Below, in pieces: positions 47,557 to 61,671 of a stretch of DNA of 64,000 nt. The stretch comes from the human T2T-CHM13v2.0 reference genome, Homo sapiens. The first letter of the stretch is position 1, and each line of letters opens with the position of its first letter. Location: assembly GCF_009914755.1 (NCBI RefSeq), contig NC_060935.1, one strand, 5' to 3'. The notes below the pieces were generated by a model, which worked only from the letters and a program-made list of their open reading frames with translations, was not told the DNA's origin and ran no database searches. The position numbers and the translations under genes are program-made.

Positions 47557-48010
47557 TACATTAGTCAATATGATCTCTGCTGCAAGTGACAGAAAATTCA
47601 ACAAAATGGCTTAAAATACTGGAAAAAGTTCATCTCATATATCCAGAATTCAAGGTATGGGGGATTCCAGAGCCCACTACAACCAGCAACTCAGTGATGT
47701 CAGCGAAGGCTCAGGTTCTTTCCACATCTCTGCCTTGATGTCCTTTCTGGGGCTGTCCCCCTCCAGCCTTGTGCCAGTAGTCATCAGAGATACAGTAATC
47801 AGACAGCAACTTCTGTATTCACATCCAGCAATGGCGTGATACTGTTTCCCTCCATGGTTCTCTCTGTGAGGGGGATTTCTTTTTCCCCAAAAGCCCCCAT
47901 TAGACTTCTTCTCATATCTCAGACTAGAATATAATTGAGACAAATGATCATTTAAAATTAATCCCTATAAAATAGTATGATGAAATTAACATGAGTAACT
48001 TCGACTAATC
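47557..48010 (-). mobile_element. Old MLT1 MaLR LTR
   Basis: acattagtca...ctgcaagtgacagaaaattcaacaaaatggcttaaa. Confidence 0.6.
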
Positions 48011-48469
48011 ATCTGGATTGAGACTGATGTGGGATACTAAACCCAATGTCCTTAACATCCTTAACAATTTTAACTCTTAAAAAATATCTTTAAATGTGTC
48101 TGCCTCACTGGTTTCTAGGTTATGATATGATAATCTCTTACCTGAACCACAGCAAGAACCTCCCAACTAATCTACCTAAAAAGGCCTGGCAGTTAGAGGT
48201 CATTTTACCACTAGCTCAATCAAACAGCCAGAGAGTTAAGTCAATCCACCAAATACAATGTTGGGAGTAAGGGGGCAGGATGAGAGAGAAAATGAGCTAA
48301 AAATGGAAGGGAACTTTCCTGTGGATGTTGAGCTGTGCTTCTTTGCATGTGATATTGCACCAAGACTAGACCATGTGGTACCTGGACTTATATGGGTTAT
48401 AATGTGATCCTCAGAGCTCAGCAAGTTTATACTGGAAATGCCAAGTTTAAAATCTCGGAAAGAATGATG

Positions 48470-49030
48470 TTCACTCATCCCATATACTTTTTGAGGATGT
48501 ATATTCCAGGCAATGTACTCAACACTGGATGTACAGCAATGAAGAAGGCTGATGCAGTCTCTGCTCTCTAGAGCCAACAGTATAGTGGGAAAGGTTGTCA
48601 TTTTGCAACTAATTACAGACTCATTATTTAATTACAACTTTGACGAATGCTGTTAACCAAAAAATACAGGAGAATGAGCCCAGGTAATGATACAAGGTGG
48701 GAGGCGTGAAATCAGAAAATGCTTCCCCAAGGAAGTGGGGAAGTTCAGCCCAGAGAAAAGGTAAGGGGTTTAGCCCAGAGGAAAGATAAGGAAAGTGTAT
48801 TCCAGGCAGAAGAAACTGTATATACAAAGACTCCGAGGCAGCAGAAACAAGGAAGGACTAAAGGAAGGTCACTGTGCTTACAATGTACAGAATGAAGAGA
48901 AGAACAATACAAGATGAGCTGGAGGGGGGCACGGTGGAGGCATGGTGGGGGCATGGAGAGCATGTGCAGGCAGGGTTAGATTCATTAGGACCTTTTGCAC
49001 TAAAGGGATATAAGCAAGTGACGTTGATCA
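48470..49030 (-). mobile_element. L2
   Basis: ttcactcatcc...tattccaggcagaagaaactgtatatacaaagactccgaggca. Confidence 0.7.
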
Positions 49031-50259
49031 AAAGCCAGAAGATGACACCACAAGCAATTTGGAAAAGGTAGTCAGAAACAGAGGAAAAGTAAGCTGCTCC
49101 CAAAATTCTCAGAGAAAGGGGGGTACCCTTCCCTGTGAATGGAGCTCTGATTAATCTGGCTTCTTTGTGTCTAATTTACCCTTTCCCTAGTGTTACACCA
49201 TGGCCACCACAAAGTCACACCACAAAGTCACATCTCAGTGAGTGGCATAACCTTCCCTTTCCAGAGCCTGTAGGGCTGATGTGGCCCATGTGCAGACTGG
49301 TGATGTTCCCAGATACCTGGGACATGGGCCTCCCCCTTCCTCTGATGCTGTCACCAGCCTCCTTACCTGGAGAGTTTGCATTACATGCAGGAGCCCTGCC
49401 TATTCCTCCAGGCTAGCTGTGTGGAGGGTTAATTTGCCTGTTAATTTTCCACATGAGGGGATATGCACAATGAAGCACAAATAAGAAGCAGGACATCAAC
49501 ACTGCCTCCAGCTGAGAAATCAATTTATACTTTAAATTACTCTAGGTGACCCCAGTCGCCACTGGGTTCCTATTGCCATCTATCCTGATTTGTAGGAAGT
49601 TGTCCTCCTGGAGCATGAAGCCCCCAAAAATGCCCTGGGAGGCTTTGCTGCTGCACCCCAGTGACACACTAATGGCTCGGTGAGGAGGAGCGCCAGGATT
49701 GGAGGCAGAGCATCTCCAGGGCAGCCAGACAGCACTGCATGAGTGGAGAGGCCTGCTGGGCCCATGCTACTGCTCAGTGTCAGCAACCGCATGGGCCAGC
49801 CTCAGGGCTGGCAGGCTAATACCTGGGGTTCAGGGCCACTCCCTTCCCCGCTGCCACCGATAATTCAGCTGATTAATTGCTGGGATCATTCAACCATTTC
49901 ACAACACATGCATGAGCGTCAGACACTCTGCTTGGTTCAGAGAAGAGAAGAAGTTGAAAAAGAAGTGTTTTAAAACACTGGAGTTTTTTTAAAAATGAAG
50001 CAACATGGGCTTACACCCCAGTTCTTCGACTTAATGGATATGTGACCTTAGGCCAGCTCTATGACCCCTTTGTGCTTTAGGTTCCTTGCCTGTGAAATGG
50101 CTACAATATCCATTTTCTGAAGTGGTCGTCAGGGTTACATGGATATAAATAAAATTAAGTTTCCATGTACTTGTTTGTGCCTGCATCATACAAACTTGGC
50201 TGACTGGATCCTCACCAGATGTGGAGATTATAATTGGGCCAGACTCACATAAAATATAA

Positions 50260-50535
50260 GCCACATGAAAAAGCCACACATTGTATGATTCTATTCCTAT
50301 GAAACATTCAGAATAGGCAAATTCACAGAGACAAAAAATAGATCTGTGATTGCCAGGGGCTGGGGGAGGGGAGAATGGGTACAAGATTTCTTTTTGGGCT
50401 GATGAAAATGTTCTGAAATTAGATGGTGGTGATGGTTGCACAACCTTCTCAATATACTAAAAACCACTGAATTGTACACTTCAAAAGGATGAGTTTTATG
50501 GTATGTAAATTATATCTCAATAAAGTTATTATCCT
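50260..50535 (+). mobile_element. L1MB/ME-like 3' end
   Basis: ccacacattgtatgattctattcc...gtaaattatatctcaataaag. Confidence 0.8.
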
Positions 50536-53500
50536 AAATATATATGTGAATATACACATATATCTGTGTGCCTGTCTGTGTGTCTATATGTACACCATAT
50601 GGCATATTGAAATCACTATAGGGGTGTCTCAGGAATAGAGACATGCAATATGAATCAAGATGATGGAGATGGAGAAAACAAATGGGGGATGTAGACATGA
50701 GCCTAGAGCAAGAGTTTCCAAACCAAATAATGAGGCTTGCAGGTGTTCATATGCAATCATGATGCCTGTCACATAGTGTTAATAGCTACATGTGGCTAAT
50801 GGCTAGCATATTGGACAGCACAATTCTAGAAGGAAAACTGGGAAAAAAAATAAAGGCAGGAAAGGCACACTAGCTAATCAAAACCCTGTGAGTAGGCCAC
50901 GCTCTCCTATACTACCTTATTTATCCACCTCACCAATGCTCAGCAAGGTAGTTGACACTGTCCCCATTCTGACATCTGAGCAAAGCAAAGCTTAAAGAGG
51001 TCAAGCAAGGTTAAGGAAAACAGAGTTTTATTCATAAATTGAGAAAGAAGATGCCTGAAGAGAGAGGACAGCTAAAATATAAAAGAGGGAAAAGATGATG
51101 GGTGAAAGAGGTCCCAGAGGATGGACATGGAAGGTCATTTAAGACGGATAAACTCCCGCAGGGTAAAAGGTGTCTTTTACACATCATAGCTGACAGTGTC
51201 AGGTTAGGTTCACCTCATAGGATTCTCCTCTGCTGGAACCAGAAGGGTATGTAGAAGGCCATTCAATTTTTCAGCTGGGGACAACTTGAACGTGACCATC
51301 AATAGATGTGGGTGTCGGTTCAGCAGAAGCTGTGATCCCAAGTCCAGGGTTTGTAACCATGACAGACAGCAGCCTACATCATTCACTCGGCATCTCCCAG
51401 GCTGCCTTCTCCCCCGCCCTTACTGATGACCCCACCTGTACCCCAACAAACAGTAACAATAGCCCTTGCCTCTTTCTCTCCTCCCCCTCCCCAATCCCTT
51501 TCTCTCTTCTTTCCTTTTGCATCATCAGGTTCCTTTTCTCTACAGGTCTTTATTTGGAAGCCTCTTTCCTCTCCATCTTCATAAATAATCCAAAACAGGC
51601 ACTTTCAGCAGCTCCTCTTTCATGCACGTAATTGAAGTGGGCCTCTCTGAGATAAGACATCTCTCTAAATCATTCATCAGATAAGGAAACACACAGAGAG
51701 GGGCACTATTCCTTCTCCTGCAATATTCTGCCATTAGACACAGTACAAGATCGCGTGTCCTGCAGATGTGGCAGGACTCCACTCAGGAGCAGGACTCCAC
51801 TTGGGGGCTCCACTCTGTCCCAGTGACCGACTCAGCCAGATTCCCCGAATTGCAGGGAGGTACTGCCCTCCCCAGCTTCTTAAGATGTTTTTGACAGCCT
51901 GAGGAATCAGAAGGATGGAATAAAGCTGAATGCTAGTTTAGCTACCAGGTCACAGTACACGCCAACCAGAGCAAGTTTGGCAGCAAGGTCCTGGGCTTCA
52001 GATATTCAGGCTTGGGTTTGAGTTCTGGCTCTGCCACTTCTTAGCTGTGTGACTTGGGAAAGTTACTTAACACTTTCTTCCCCCAACCTCGCCAAAGTCT
52101 GTTGTCTCATGTTTTAAAGTTAATTTTTTTTTTTTTTAAGAATGAGCGGATAAAAGAAACTACCTGTCCAGTTGCACTAAGGATTAAAAGCCATAGGGGC
52201 AAAAACAAGGACCAGCTGTTCAGCTTCTTGTGGCTATTACTTTCCTCCATTTCTTTCTCTGGGTATAGTATATCAGGCTAACTCTGCAGGCCAGGGCCAA
52301 CAGGGGGTTACATGTTTGCAGGACTTGCCACGCTATGCACCACTCCATGCATGCCCCATGGGTCAAAGTCTCATTCACTTGTTCAGGGTAACAACCAAGC
52401 TGGTCCAATGTGACCCCAGCCTTTTCCCTGATCCTGCATCTTCCATTCGCAAGGCCAAAAGGCCAACCTCAGTCCTAAGTGTGCAGACAGGGTGGCCTCT
52501 GTGATTTGCTCTATTAATGAAGTCTTGGTTCTTTTGGAAACCCCAGCTTTAAAACTCTGATTAGTCACACATGAGAATCCTCCTGGGGGCAGCTATGAGG
52601 AAGCGGATGGAGAGGAGAAATCAAGGGATGCATTGATTTTGTGGTTCAGCCGACTTGGACATTTGGCTCTCTCTATGTTCACTACCTAGAACAGTGGCCA
52701 AAACACAGCTTGCTCTAAAAAAAGGGAAAAAAAGGAGTTAAATAAATAAATGAATTGACATTCTAGACAAATGAAATTAGATGTGAGATAGTCAAATGAA
52801 GAAAGATGTGAAACAATACAGAATGTTCAGGAAGGTGCATACGATTTGGTTTTGCAGAAATGTAGAGTGTAAGAGAGAGAGTGGGGAATGAGGAGATGAG
52901 AAAGCAAGATCTAGTTAAGAAGGGTCTTGATTGCCTTGCTGACTTTAAATTTCCTTCTCTAGGCAATAAGGAGCCTGCACACTGATTTTTAAGCAGGGAA
53001 GGCAAAGGGTCTGATTGGCATTTTAGAAATATCACTCTGTGAAAAAAATATATATATAAATCCAAGGTATAAAATGTTCAGAGATTGACTTTGATCAGAG
53101 GTAATGACAACAGGGGTGAAAATAAAAATAAAAAGACAAGAGAAACCAAACAGGTTGAACCAGCCTATTGTATATGGAGCAGGAGGGAGTGGGGAGGATC
53201 TGGGATAACTATCAGGTCTGCGGTGCTGGAGACTGAGCATATGGTATCAAGAAGCAGGTTTTAGGATAAAGACATTTGGGCCTTCAGAAAGAATAATACT
53301 GTCATTGTCACCAACAGGAGAAACAGGCTCAGAGTCCACGACTGACAGTGTTCCAACAGCAAGGGCACGTGAAAGTTTGACCATCAAGTGCCCTAACTGT
53401 CATACAGTCTCCGAAGAATTACTCGTCTTTCTGTGGTTCATTTTTCTTAGTGCCAAAATGAATGTAAAATTAAATTTAATGAGCAAAAGATTTGAACAGC

Positions 53501-54525
53501 CACTTCACAAAAGAAGATACATAAATGGCCATAAGCACATAAAAACATGTTTAACATCATTAGTCATCAGGGAAATACAAATCAAAACCATAACGAGAAA
53601 CACTTTATATCCACTAGGATGGCTATAATTTTTAAAAACCACATAATAACAACATAATAAGAGGATGTGGAGGAATTGGAATCCCCAGGCACTAATGATG
53701 GGGAAGGTAATGACTGATTATATTAGAATATATTAGAATGAATGAAATGTAAAAGATTGACAAAACCAAGGGTTGACAAGGGTGTGGACCAACTGGAACT
53801 CACACATGTGCTGGTGAGAGTGCAAAATGGTACAACCACTTGGAGCACAGTTTGGTAGTTTCTTATAATGCTCAACATACTCTACCATATAAGGTACCAA
53901 TCCATTCCTAGACATTTATACAAGAAAAGTAAAAACATGTCATTACAAGATTTGTGCAGCCTTATTACTAGTAGTCAAAAGCTGGAAACAACCCAATTGT
54001 TCATAAATGGATAAACAGATATCAAACTATGATACATTCATACAATGAGATATTACTCAAAAATGAAAAGAATAAACAACTAATATACATAAAAACATAG
54101 ATGAATCTCAAAAACATTATGCTGAGCAATGGAAATTACAAGATAATGAAATGCTTCATTAAAGTGCTGAATAAAATAATTGCCAGCCTAGATTCTATAA
54201 ACAGCAAAAATATCTTCGAAAATTATAAGCGGAATTAATAAATTTTTAAATTAATAAAAACTGATTAGTCAGAAATCATAATGGAAAGTTTAAACACTTT
54301 AAACTAAATGAATGCATCTGACATAACAAAACCAGTGGGACGTAGCTAAAACTGTAGAGAGAAATTATAGCCTTACAATGCATATGTTAGAAAAATAAAT
54401 TTGAATAATCTAAACATTTATTTCAAGAGTTGGGGGTTGGGGGGAACAACAACAAAATAAGTACCAAAAATAAAGAAGAAGGAAGAAAATTATTTAAAGA
54501 TGATAACTAAAGAAATAAACATATA

Positions 54526-54868
54526 ACTATGCAGCCATAAAAAAGGATGAGTTCATGTCCTTTGCAGGGACATGGACGAAGCTAGAAACCATCATTCTCA
54601 GCAAACTAACACAAGAACAGAAAACCAAACACCGCATGTGGGAGCTGAACAGTGAGAACACATGGACACAGGGAGGGAAACATCACACACCAGGGCCTGT
54701 TGGGCGATAGGGGGCTAGGGGAGGGATAGCATGAGGTGAAATACCTAATGTAGACGACGGGTTGATGGGTGCAGCAAACCACCATGGCACATGTATACCT
54801 ATGTAACAAACCTGCACGTTCTGCACATGTATCTCAGAACTTAAAGTATAACAAAAATAGGGAAAAAA
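54526..54868 (+). mobile_element. 5'-truncated L1PA (PA7/8-like) 3' end
   Basis: ctatgcagccataaaaaaggatgagttcatgtcc...agaacttaaagtataa; approximate TSD aaagaaataaa(taaa)cata. Confidence 0.9.
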
Positions 54869-54952
54869 AAAGAAATAAATAAACATAATAGGATCAATAG
54901 AGCCAAAAGTTGGTTCTTTCAAAAGGCTAACAAACTTGATAAATCCCTATTA

Positions 54953-55290
<338 letters not shown>

Positions 55291-56839
55291 ACACTAATAA
55301 CTGAGAGCAGAAATAAATAAGGGACATCACTACAAATTATATAGCCATTAAAAACATTATAACTACCACAACTCACCTAATATGAAATAGACAATTTGAA
55401 TAACCTTGTAACTATTAAAGAAAATGAATTTGTAATTTTACAATGCCCTCAAGAGAAACCTACAGGCCCAAATGATTTCACTGGATAATTCTACTGAACA
55501 TTTGAAGAAATTTTAACACAATTCTACACAATCTTTGTAGAAAACAGAAGAGAAGGGACTACTTCTAAACTCTTTTTAAGAGGCCAAGATTACCCTGATG
55601 CCAAAACTAGACAAAAAAAATACAAAAAATAAAACTAAAAACCGATATTCCTCATAAAATAGACATAAAAATTACTAACAAAATATTAGGAAATAAAATT
55701 CAACATTTTAAAATTATATACCATGATCAAGAAAATTCATTCCAGGGATACAAAACTGGACAATATTCAAAAGAGTCAGAATCAAGCAGTGTCATCCATC
55801 ATATTAACAGCCAAAGGAAAAAAAAAATCACGTGATCATAGTAATGGATTCAGAAAAAAAATCATGTGACAAAATTTAACATCCATGCATGATTTAAAAA
55901 AAAAACTCTTACATAACTAGGAATAGAAGGGAATTTCCACAAGTTGATTAAAAAACAGCTAAAAAACCTCTTACACTATTTATACTAAATGGTGAAAGAC
56001 TGAATGCTTTCTCCCTAAAACTGGGAAGAAAGCAAGGATGTCCACTCTTACCATTCTTAACACGGTACTGGAAGTCCTATCCAGAACAATAAGGCAAGAA
56101 AAAGAGTTAAAAGGAAAAATAAATTAAAATATAAAGAATGGAAAGGAAGAAATGTATCCCTATTTTCAAATAACATGACGGTTTACATAGAAAATCTCAA
56201 GAAATCTAAACACAAAGAAAATTCTAGAACAGGTAAGAGGTCAATAAGGTCACAGGATACAAGACCAAAATACAAAAGTCAATTGTATTTCTATATACTA
56301 GCAGTAAAAATGTAGAAAATGAATTTAAAATAAAATGCCATTTACAATCACTAAAAAGTACAATAAAATACTTAGGTATAAAACATGTAAAGGACTTTTA
56401 TGCTGAAGACTTAAAACTCTGAAAAGGAGACTAAATAAATGAGGAGACATACCGTACTCATGGATTAGAAAACTCAATGTAGTAAAGAAGTCAGTTCTCC
56501 CCAAAATGATACATAGGATTAATACAGTTTAAAATCCTTGAAAGGATTTGGAGGATATAAACAAGCTCATTCTAAAATTTATATGGAAAGCCAAAGGTAT
56601 TAAAGTGGCTAGAAAGATTTTGAAAAATATGAATAAGGGAGAAATCACTCTACCCAATTTTAATACTTATTATACAGCAACAGTAATCAGGACTGCATGG
56701 TATTAGCAAAGGAATAGTCACATAGATCAACAGAACAGAACATAGAACCCAGAAATAGACCCGCAGAAATAAATACACCCAATTGATTTTGACAAAGGTA
56801 TTTTCAACAAAATTCTAGAGCAATTGGATATTCATAGGC

Positions 56840-57020
56840 AAAGGAAGGAAAGAAGGAAGAAAGAAAGGGAGGGACAGAGGGAAGGAGGGAGGGAGGGAGG
56901 AAGGGAAGGAGGGAGGCAGGGAGGAAGGGAAGGAAGGAAGGAAGGAGGGAGGAGGGAGGGAGGGAGGGAAGGAAGGAAGGAAGGAAAGAATGAAGGGAGG
57001 AAGGAAGGAAGGGAAGGAAG
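56840..57020. repeat. Polypurine (GGAA/GGGA)n tract
   Basis: About 180 bp of almost pure purines. Confidence 0.95.
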
Positions 57021-57369
57021 TCCACCTAAAACCTCACACCTTATATAAAAATTAACTTAAAATGAATCATGAATTTAAATGTAAAACTCTAAAACTTTTA
57101 GAAGAAACAGGAGGAAATTTTCAGGACCTATTTTTTTTCTAAAAGTTTTATAGTTTTACACTTGATTGAATAACTGGGAAAATATAAGTAGAAAAATACT
57201 ACACAGTGGCCATTGCCTTCCTTCTGTGCCCCAAATTTCATGAAGAATGTCCTTGGTAGTCCACCATAATTGGTGGGAGCATACCACAGAGGAAATTCTG
57301 GAGAATTATAGTTCAACCAAGCCAAGTTCACACATCAAAAGCCATCACAAATACATATGTGGAAAATTT

Positions 57370-58110
57370 TATGCTGACCACTATCTCACATCATACTCCC
57401 CCAAAACTAATTCTGAATGGATCGTACATCTAAAAGTAAAGGGTAGAGTAATAATTCTTCTAGAAGAGAACATAGAGAAATATCTTTATGACCTTGAGAT
57501 TGCCAGTGAGTTCTTCAACAGGACACAAAAATTACTACTAACAAAGAAAATGATTGACAAATTAGACTACATTAAAATTAAGAGATTTTATTTATGAAAA
57601 GTTAGGACACAGACTTAGAGGTTTAGGAGCAGGCATGAAAGTCTGAGGTCCTTAGACTGATGAAATATGTTTGCAGTGTGTACAAATAACCCACAAAGAA
57701 CCATACCAAGAATATAGAAAGAATGTCTAAAACACAGTAAGAAAGACAGATAATCCAATCAAAAAGGAGAATTTCCAAATCACTAATAAACATATGAAAA
57801 GACGTTCTTCAAGGAAATGCCAATTAAAAACCACCGTTAAATACCATTGCCCACCCAACATAATAGCTAAAATGAAAAACAAAAACAGTATCAATATTGG
57901 CAAGGAGGTGGGGCAACTGGAACTTTCGGATCTTGCTGTGTGGAGTGTAAATTTGTACAACCACTGTAGAAAGCTGTTTGGCAGTACCTACTAAAGTTAA
58001 CTGTAGTACTCATCACTTAGCAATTTTACTCATCATAACTCATCACTTAGCAATCTTATAATTCATCACTTAGCAATTTTATCAAAAAATAGAAACCATC
58101 TAAATGTCCT
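57370..58110 (+). mobile_element. Old L1ME-like fragment (resumes about 58570-58880)
   Basis: gacaaattagactacattaaaattaaga; ggagtgtaaatttgtacaaccactgtagaaa. Confidence 0.7.
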
Positions 58111-58111
58111 C

Positions 58112-58488
58112 TGTATTAGCCAGGGTTCTCTAGAGGGACAGAACTAATAGGATAGATATATATATGAAGAGGATTTTATTAAGGAGTATTGACTCACACA
58201 ATCACAAGGTGAAGACCCACAATAGGCTGTCTGCAAACTGAGGAATAAAGAAGCCAGTCTGAGTCCCAAAACCACAAAAGTAGGGAAGCTGACAGTTGGC
58301 AGCCTTCAGTCTGTGGCCGAAGGCCCAAGAGCCCCTGGCAAATCACTGGTGTAAGTCCAAGAGTCCAAAAGCTGCAGAACTTGAAGTCTGATGTTCGAGA
58401 GCAGGAAGCATCCAGCACAGGAGAAACATGATGGCTGGAAGACTCAGTAAGTCTGCTTTATTCCAGCAGTGCTGGCAGTTTATTAGAT
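58112..58488 (-). mobile_element. MLT2A (ERVL) LTR, truncated
   Basis: tgtattagccagggttctctagagggacagaactaatagga...gtaagtccaagagtccaaaagctg. Confidence 0.88.
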
Positions 58489-58541
58489 TTGCCATTACTT
58501 TTAATGGCAAAAACCGCAATTACCTTTGCCCCATCCTAATA
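58489..58541. mobile_element. Partial MADE1 (Hsmar1 mariner MITE)
   Basis: ttgccattacttttaatggcaaaaaccgcaattacctttgccccatcctaa followed by TA. Confidence 0.85.
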
Positions 58542-61500
58542 TGGGCAATATCATGGTTGACTCCACAACATAACATTGAGTCAAAGAAGCAAGGCACCAA
58601 AAACACTGAGTGATTTTATTTATACAGTTATAGAGTTCAAAACAAGTTTTTAAAAATCTGTGATGCTAAGGTTATGTTTACCTTAGAGAAGGAGAGTGGG
58701 GATAATGACTGAGAGGGGGTAATGGGTATCTGCAGGGGTGTTGCTAATGTTCTATTTCTCTACCTGGTTAGTAGTTACGTGGGTGTATTCCCTTGATGGA
58801 AATACACGGAGCACATTTATGATTTATGTGCTTTTCTATATGAATGTTATCTTCCAACAAAAACTCTATTTAAAAGTTAAATTTGAAAACTGATAATGAT
58901 CAACAAATATAATACACAAAGGGGGCTGAAAATTTCAGGTATGGACTGCCTTAAGGAGAGCACCAGAAAATACCAACCACCCAAGGAGCAAGATGCCTGG
59001 AACTGAGGAACTTATTGGGAGTGACTGCCAGGAACCAAGAGCAGGTAGAGCCAGGGAAGAACGCCGAGATACCAGACCAAGAAGAGATGAAGCCAGAAGG
59101 TCCCTAAAATACAGTGACTGAAATATGAAATCAGAAGTTGAAATGCACTTAAAAATGAAGGAAGTGGTACCCATGTGTTCCAGGATAGGTACATCCAAGA
59201 CAAGCATTATAAAGCGATGAGATAATCTGAAATAGTGGCTTGTTTTGACCATTTGTCCTAGTCATTCTTCAGTTGTGCTGTGCAGTACTTCTTGGTTCCC
59301 AACCAACTCAGGTCACCTTGCAATTTTAGACTATAGAACTTAACTTCTATTCAAGAATCCCCAAAGGATTTCAGTGGAGGAGATGGAAGGGAGTTGTCAC
59401 TATGAATATGCTAAATATTCAAAACCACCCTTTCTCTCTTCTGCTTGGTCTTTGAAAAACCAAGAATGTTTATAATACAATAATGAAATAAAAATAAAGT
59501 CATTCATCAAGAAGCCTGTATCTATTTTCTTCATGTCTGAAGGTTGTTAAATCCTAATTATCCTGAACTATTTTCATACTGCTGAGCAGCCACCACTTAT
59601 GAAGTCAGTAATTAATATTCAATTTGCCTAGAGCTTTCAGATTTGCATGTTAATTATTGATTTCTTAATCACCAGGATGGGTGTTTGAGAGCTCTAGAGA
59701 ACACTGACATTTTGGTAAATGTTACAGAACAATCATTTCTATAGACTGGAGTTTTAAGAAAATATTTCGCAATCTTTTATTTTCAGATTCCCTCTTCACC
59801 TGCAGCTCTGATTCCTTTCCTGAGGCATCTGCTCAGGTTTCAGACTGCTGTTATTGATAGAATTGTGAGTTTGAATATGGAAAGGGGCAATGTCATCCTT
59901 TATGGCCTCAGCCTGGGCATCCCTTCTTCCAGTGTCATTCCTCTGGCAGAGGGAGAGGAGGATGCATAAGGAACACTGGCAACACAAACAGAGTAAAGGC
60001 AGAGAATGGAGAGACTAGTTTGGCTAGGCATTGGAGAACTGACCTGGCTGTAATGGTTGGTCTAGTTGAAATATCTCAGTTACCCAAAACACAGAGCTCA
60101 AAGGGACGCTAGCTGGGGAATAAGAAAATTTATAGGAGAAAGTTCTGATGGCAGGTGACACTTGAAGCCCAGGTAGGCAACAGCATCAAAATCATGGTCA
60201 ATCTAGTCTTTCACAACAAGACTCCAGCCAGTCATGGGAGGACACAAGGAATGTGGTCTGTCCAATTCCCAGGGAAAAGAAATTGACAAGAACTGAACGT
60301 GTTATGAATTTAGCTGACTGTGCTAACGATCAGATCAGAGCCTTCGATCGAGTTAGGAGCCTAAGTATCTTCTAACCACGGTCCTTCCATGGATGGAGTC
60401 AGAGAAGCAACACACAGATATGAGCACCCCCTCCCCACCCACCCCACACACATACAGGCACACATGCCTTACCAAGGACTCATTCTCATGGAGCAGTTCA
60501 TGGAGTGTTTCATGAGTGAGGGTCCTAGAACAAAGGCCAAGATGCCAAGTTCATCTGAGCCATGCTTAAGTCAGTCAGGAGGAGACCAGCTGAGGGCCAG
60601 GAGAAACTGGGCGTGGCCACACTGGAAGAAATGGACTGGAAGGAAAAGATACTGCAGTGATGTGAGAGGTTGGAGAACAAGCATGGATATGGAGTAGGGC
60701 AGCTTAAAAATAACTTTTGAAAACAGAACTGCCAAATCCTTTTACTTGCTGTTTGACATCATACTGCCCAGCTCATGAACAGAGGCTTGAAATGAAAGGC
60801 TCCCACTAGACAAGTATTAAGATGGCCAGGGTAGGAAATGCTATGGCTCAGGTGCTCCCCATCAAGCTCTCTCCCTGGAATAGTAGTTCTGCCACAACAG
60901 GTTATTAATGAACTCTATCCAGAGTGGGGCCAGTGTACTTCCTGCTATCAGAATTGGCTAAGAAATGCAGTGGGCCTGAGTCCACAGAAAGTAGCAGCTT
61001 GAAGGAGTTGGAAATTAGAGGATGAAAAGAATGAGGCTTTACAGAAGGCTAAGGCTACTATGGAATTCCAGGCTCTTAATTTATGCTGACCACCGCATTG
61101 ATTCTACTTAGTGAATTGATCCAAAGAGGACATATGGACATATCTCAGCAAGAAATATAGCCAATAAAAGAGCATCTAAATATAAATGGCTTATATATCT
61201 TTCAGTACCCAAAAGTACCTTAATGTGGCTTTCAATAGATTGGTTGATCATTCTTCTGCCATACAAGATAAACGGATTTGGAAAACTGAGTTACAGCTAG
61301 TATATTTTGAATTACCTAGGTTGGTAAACATGAATCCATTACTTAAGCAACTTTACGCAAGATTTTCAAACTTGGGGAATCATGTCAGCAGTTATCCCAA
61401 GGTATTAAGAAATTCAAGAGAAAGCCAGATGTGTGGCCATGTGTCCATCTGCCATCCCCTTCAAATTCTGCTCCACCCTTTTCCTGAAACATTTCTGCTC

Positions 61501-61671
61501 CATACTGAGCTCTAAGCCTGGCATCCAAGTAGTACATCATAGCTTTAACATGGCTCCTGCAATACCCAGTTTTGACCCTCTTCTCAGCTGCTGCGCTAGA
61601 TGATATTAATAGCTCCAATTCTTCACCCTCGCTGGATCCATCCCCTTTTATTGTGACTTTCCTGTTCCTCC

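Noticed and set aside
51771-51801. gcaggactccact duplicated
   Set aside because: A 13-bp local duplication with no further context; common
56840-57020. GGAA microsatellite as an EWSR1-FLI1 response element
   Set aside because: Only about 5 consecutive GGAA units; heavily interrupted
60030-61400. Possible very old CR1/L3 remnant
   Set aside because: Resemblance too faint to call without a profile search
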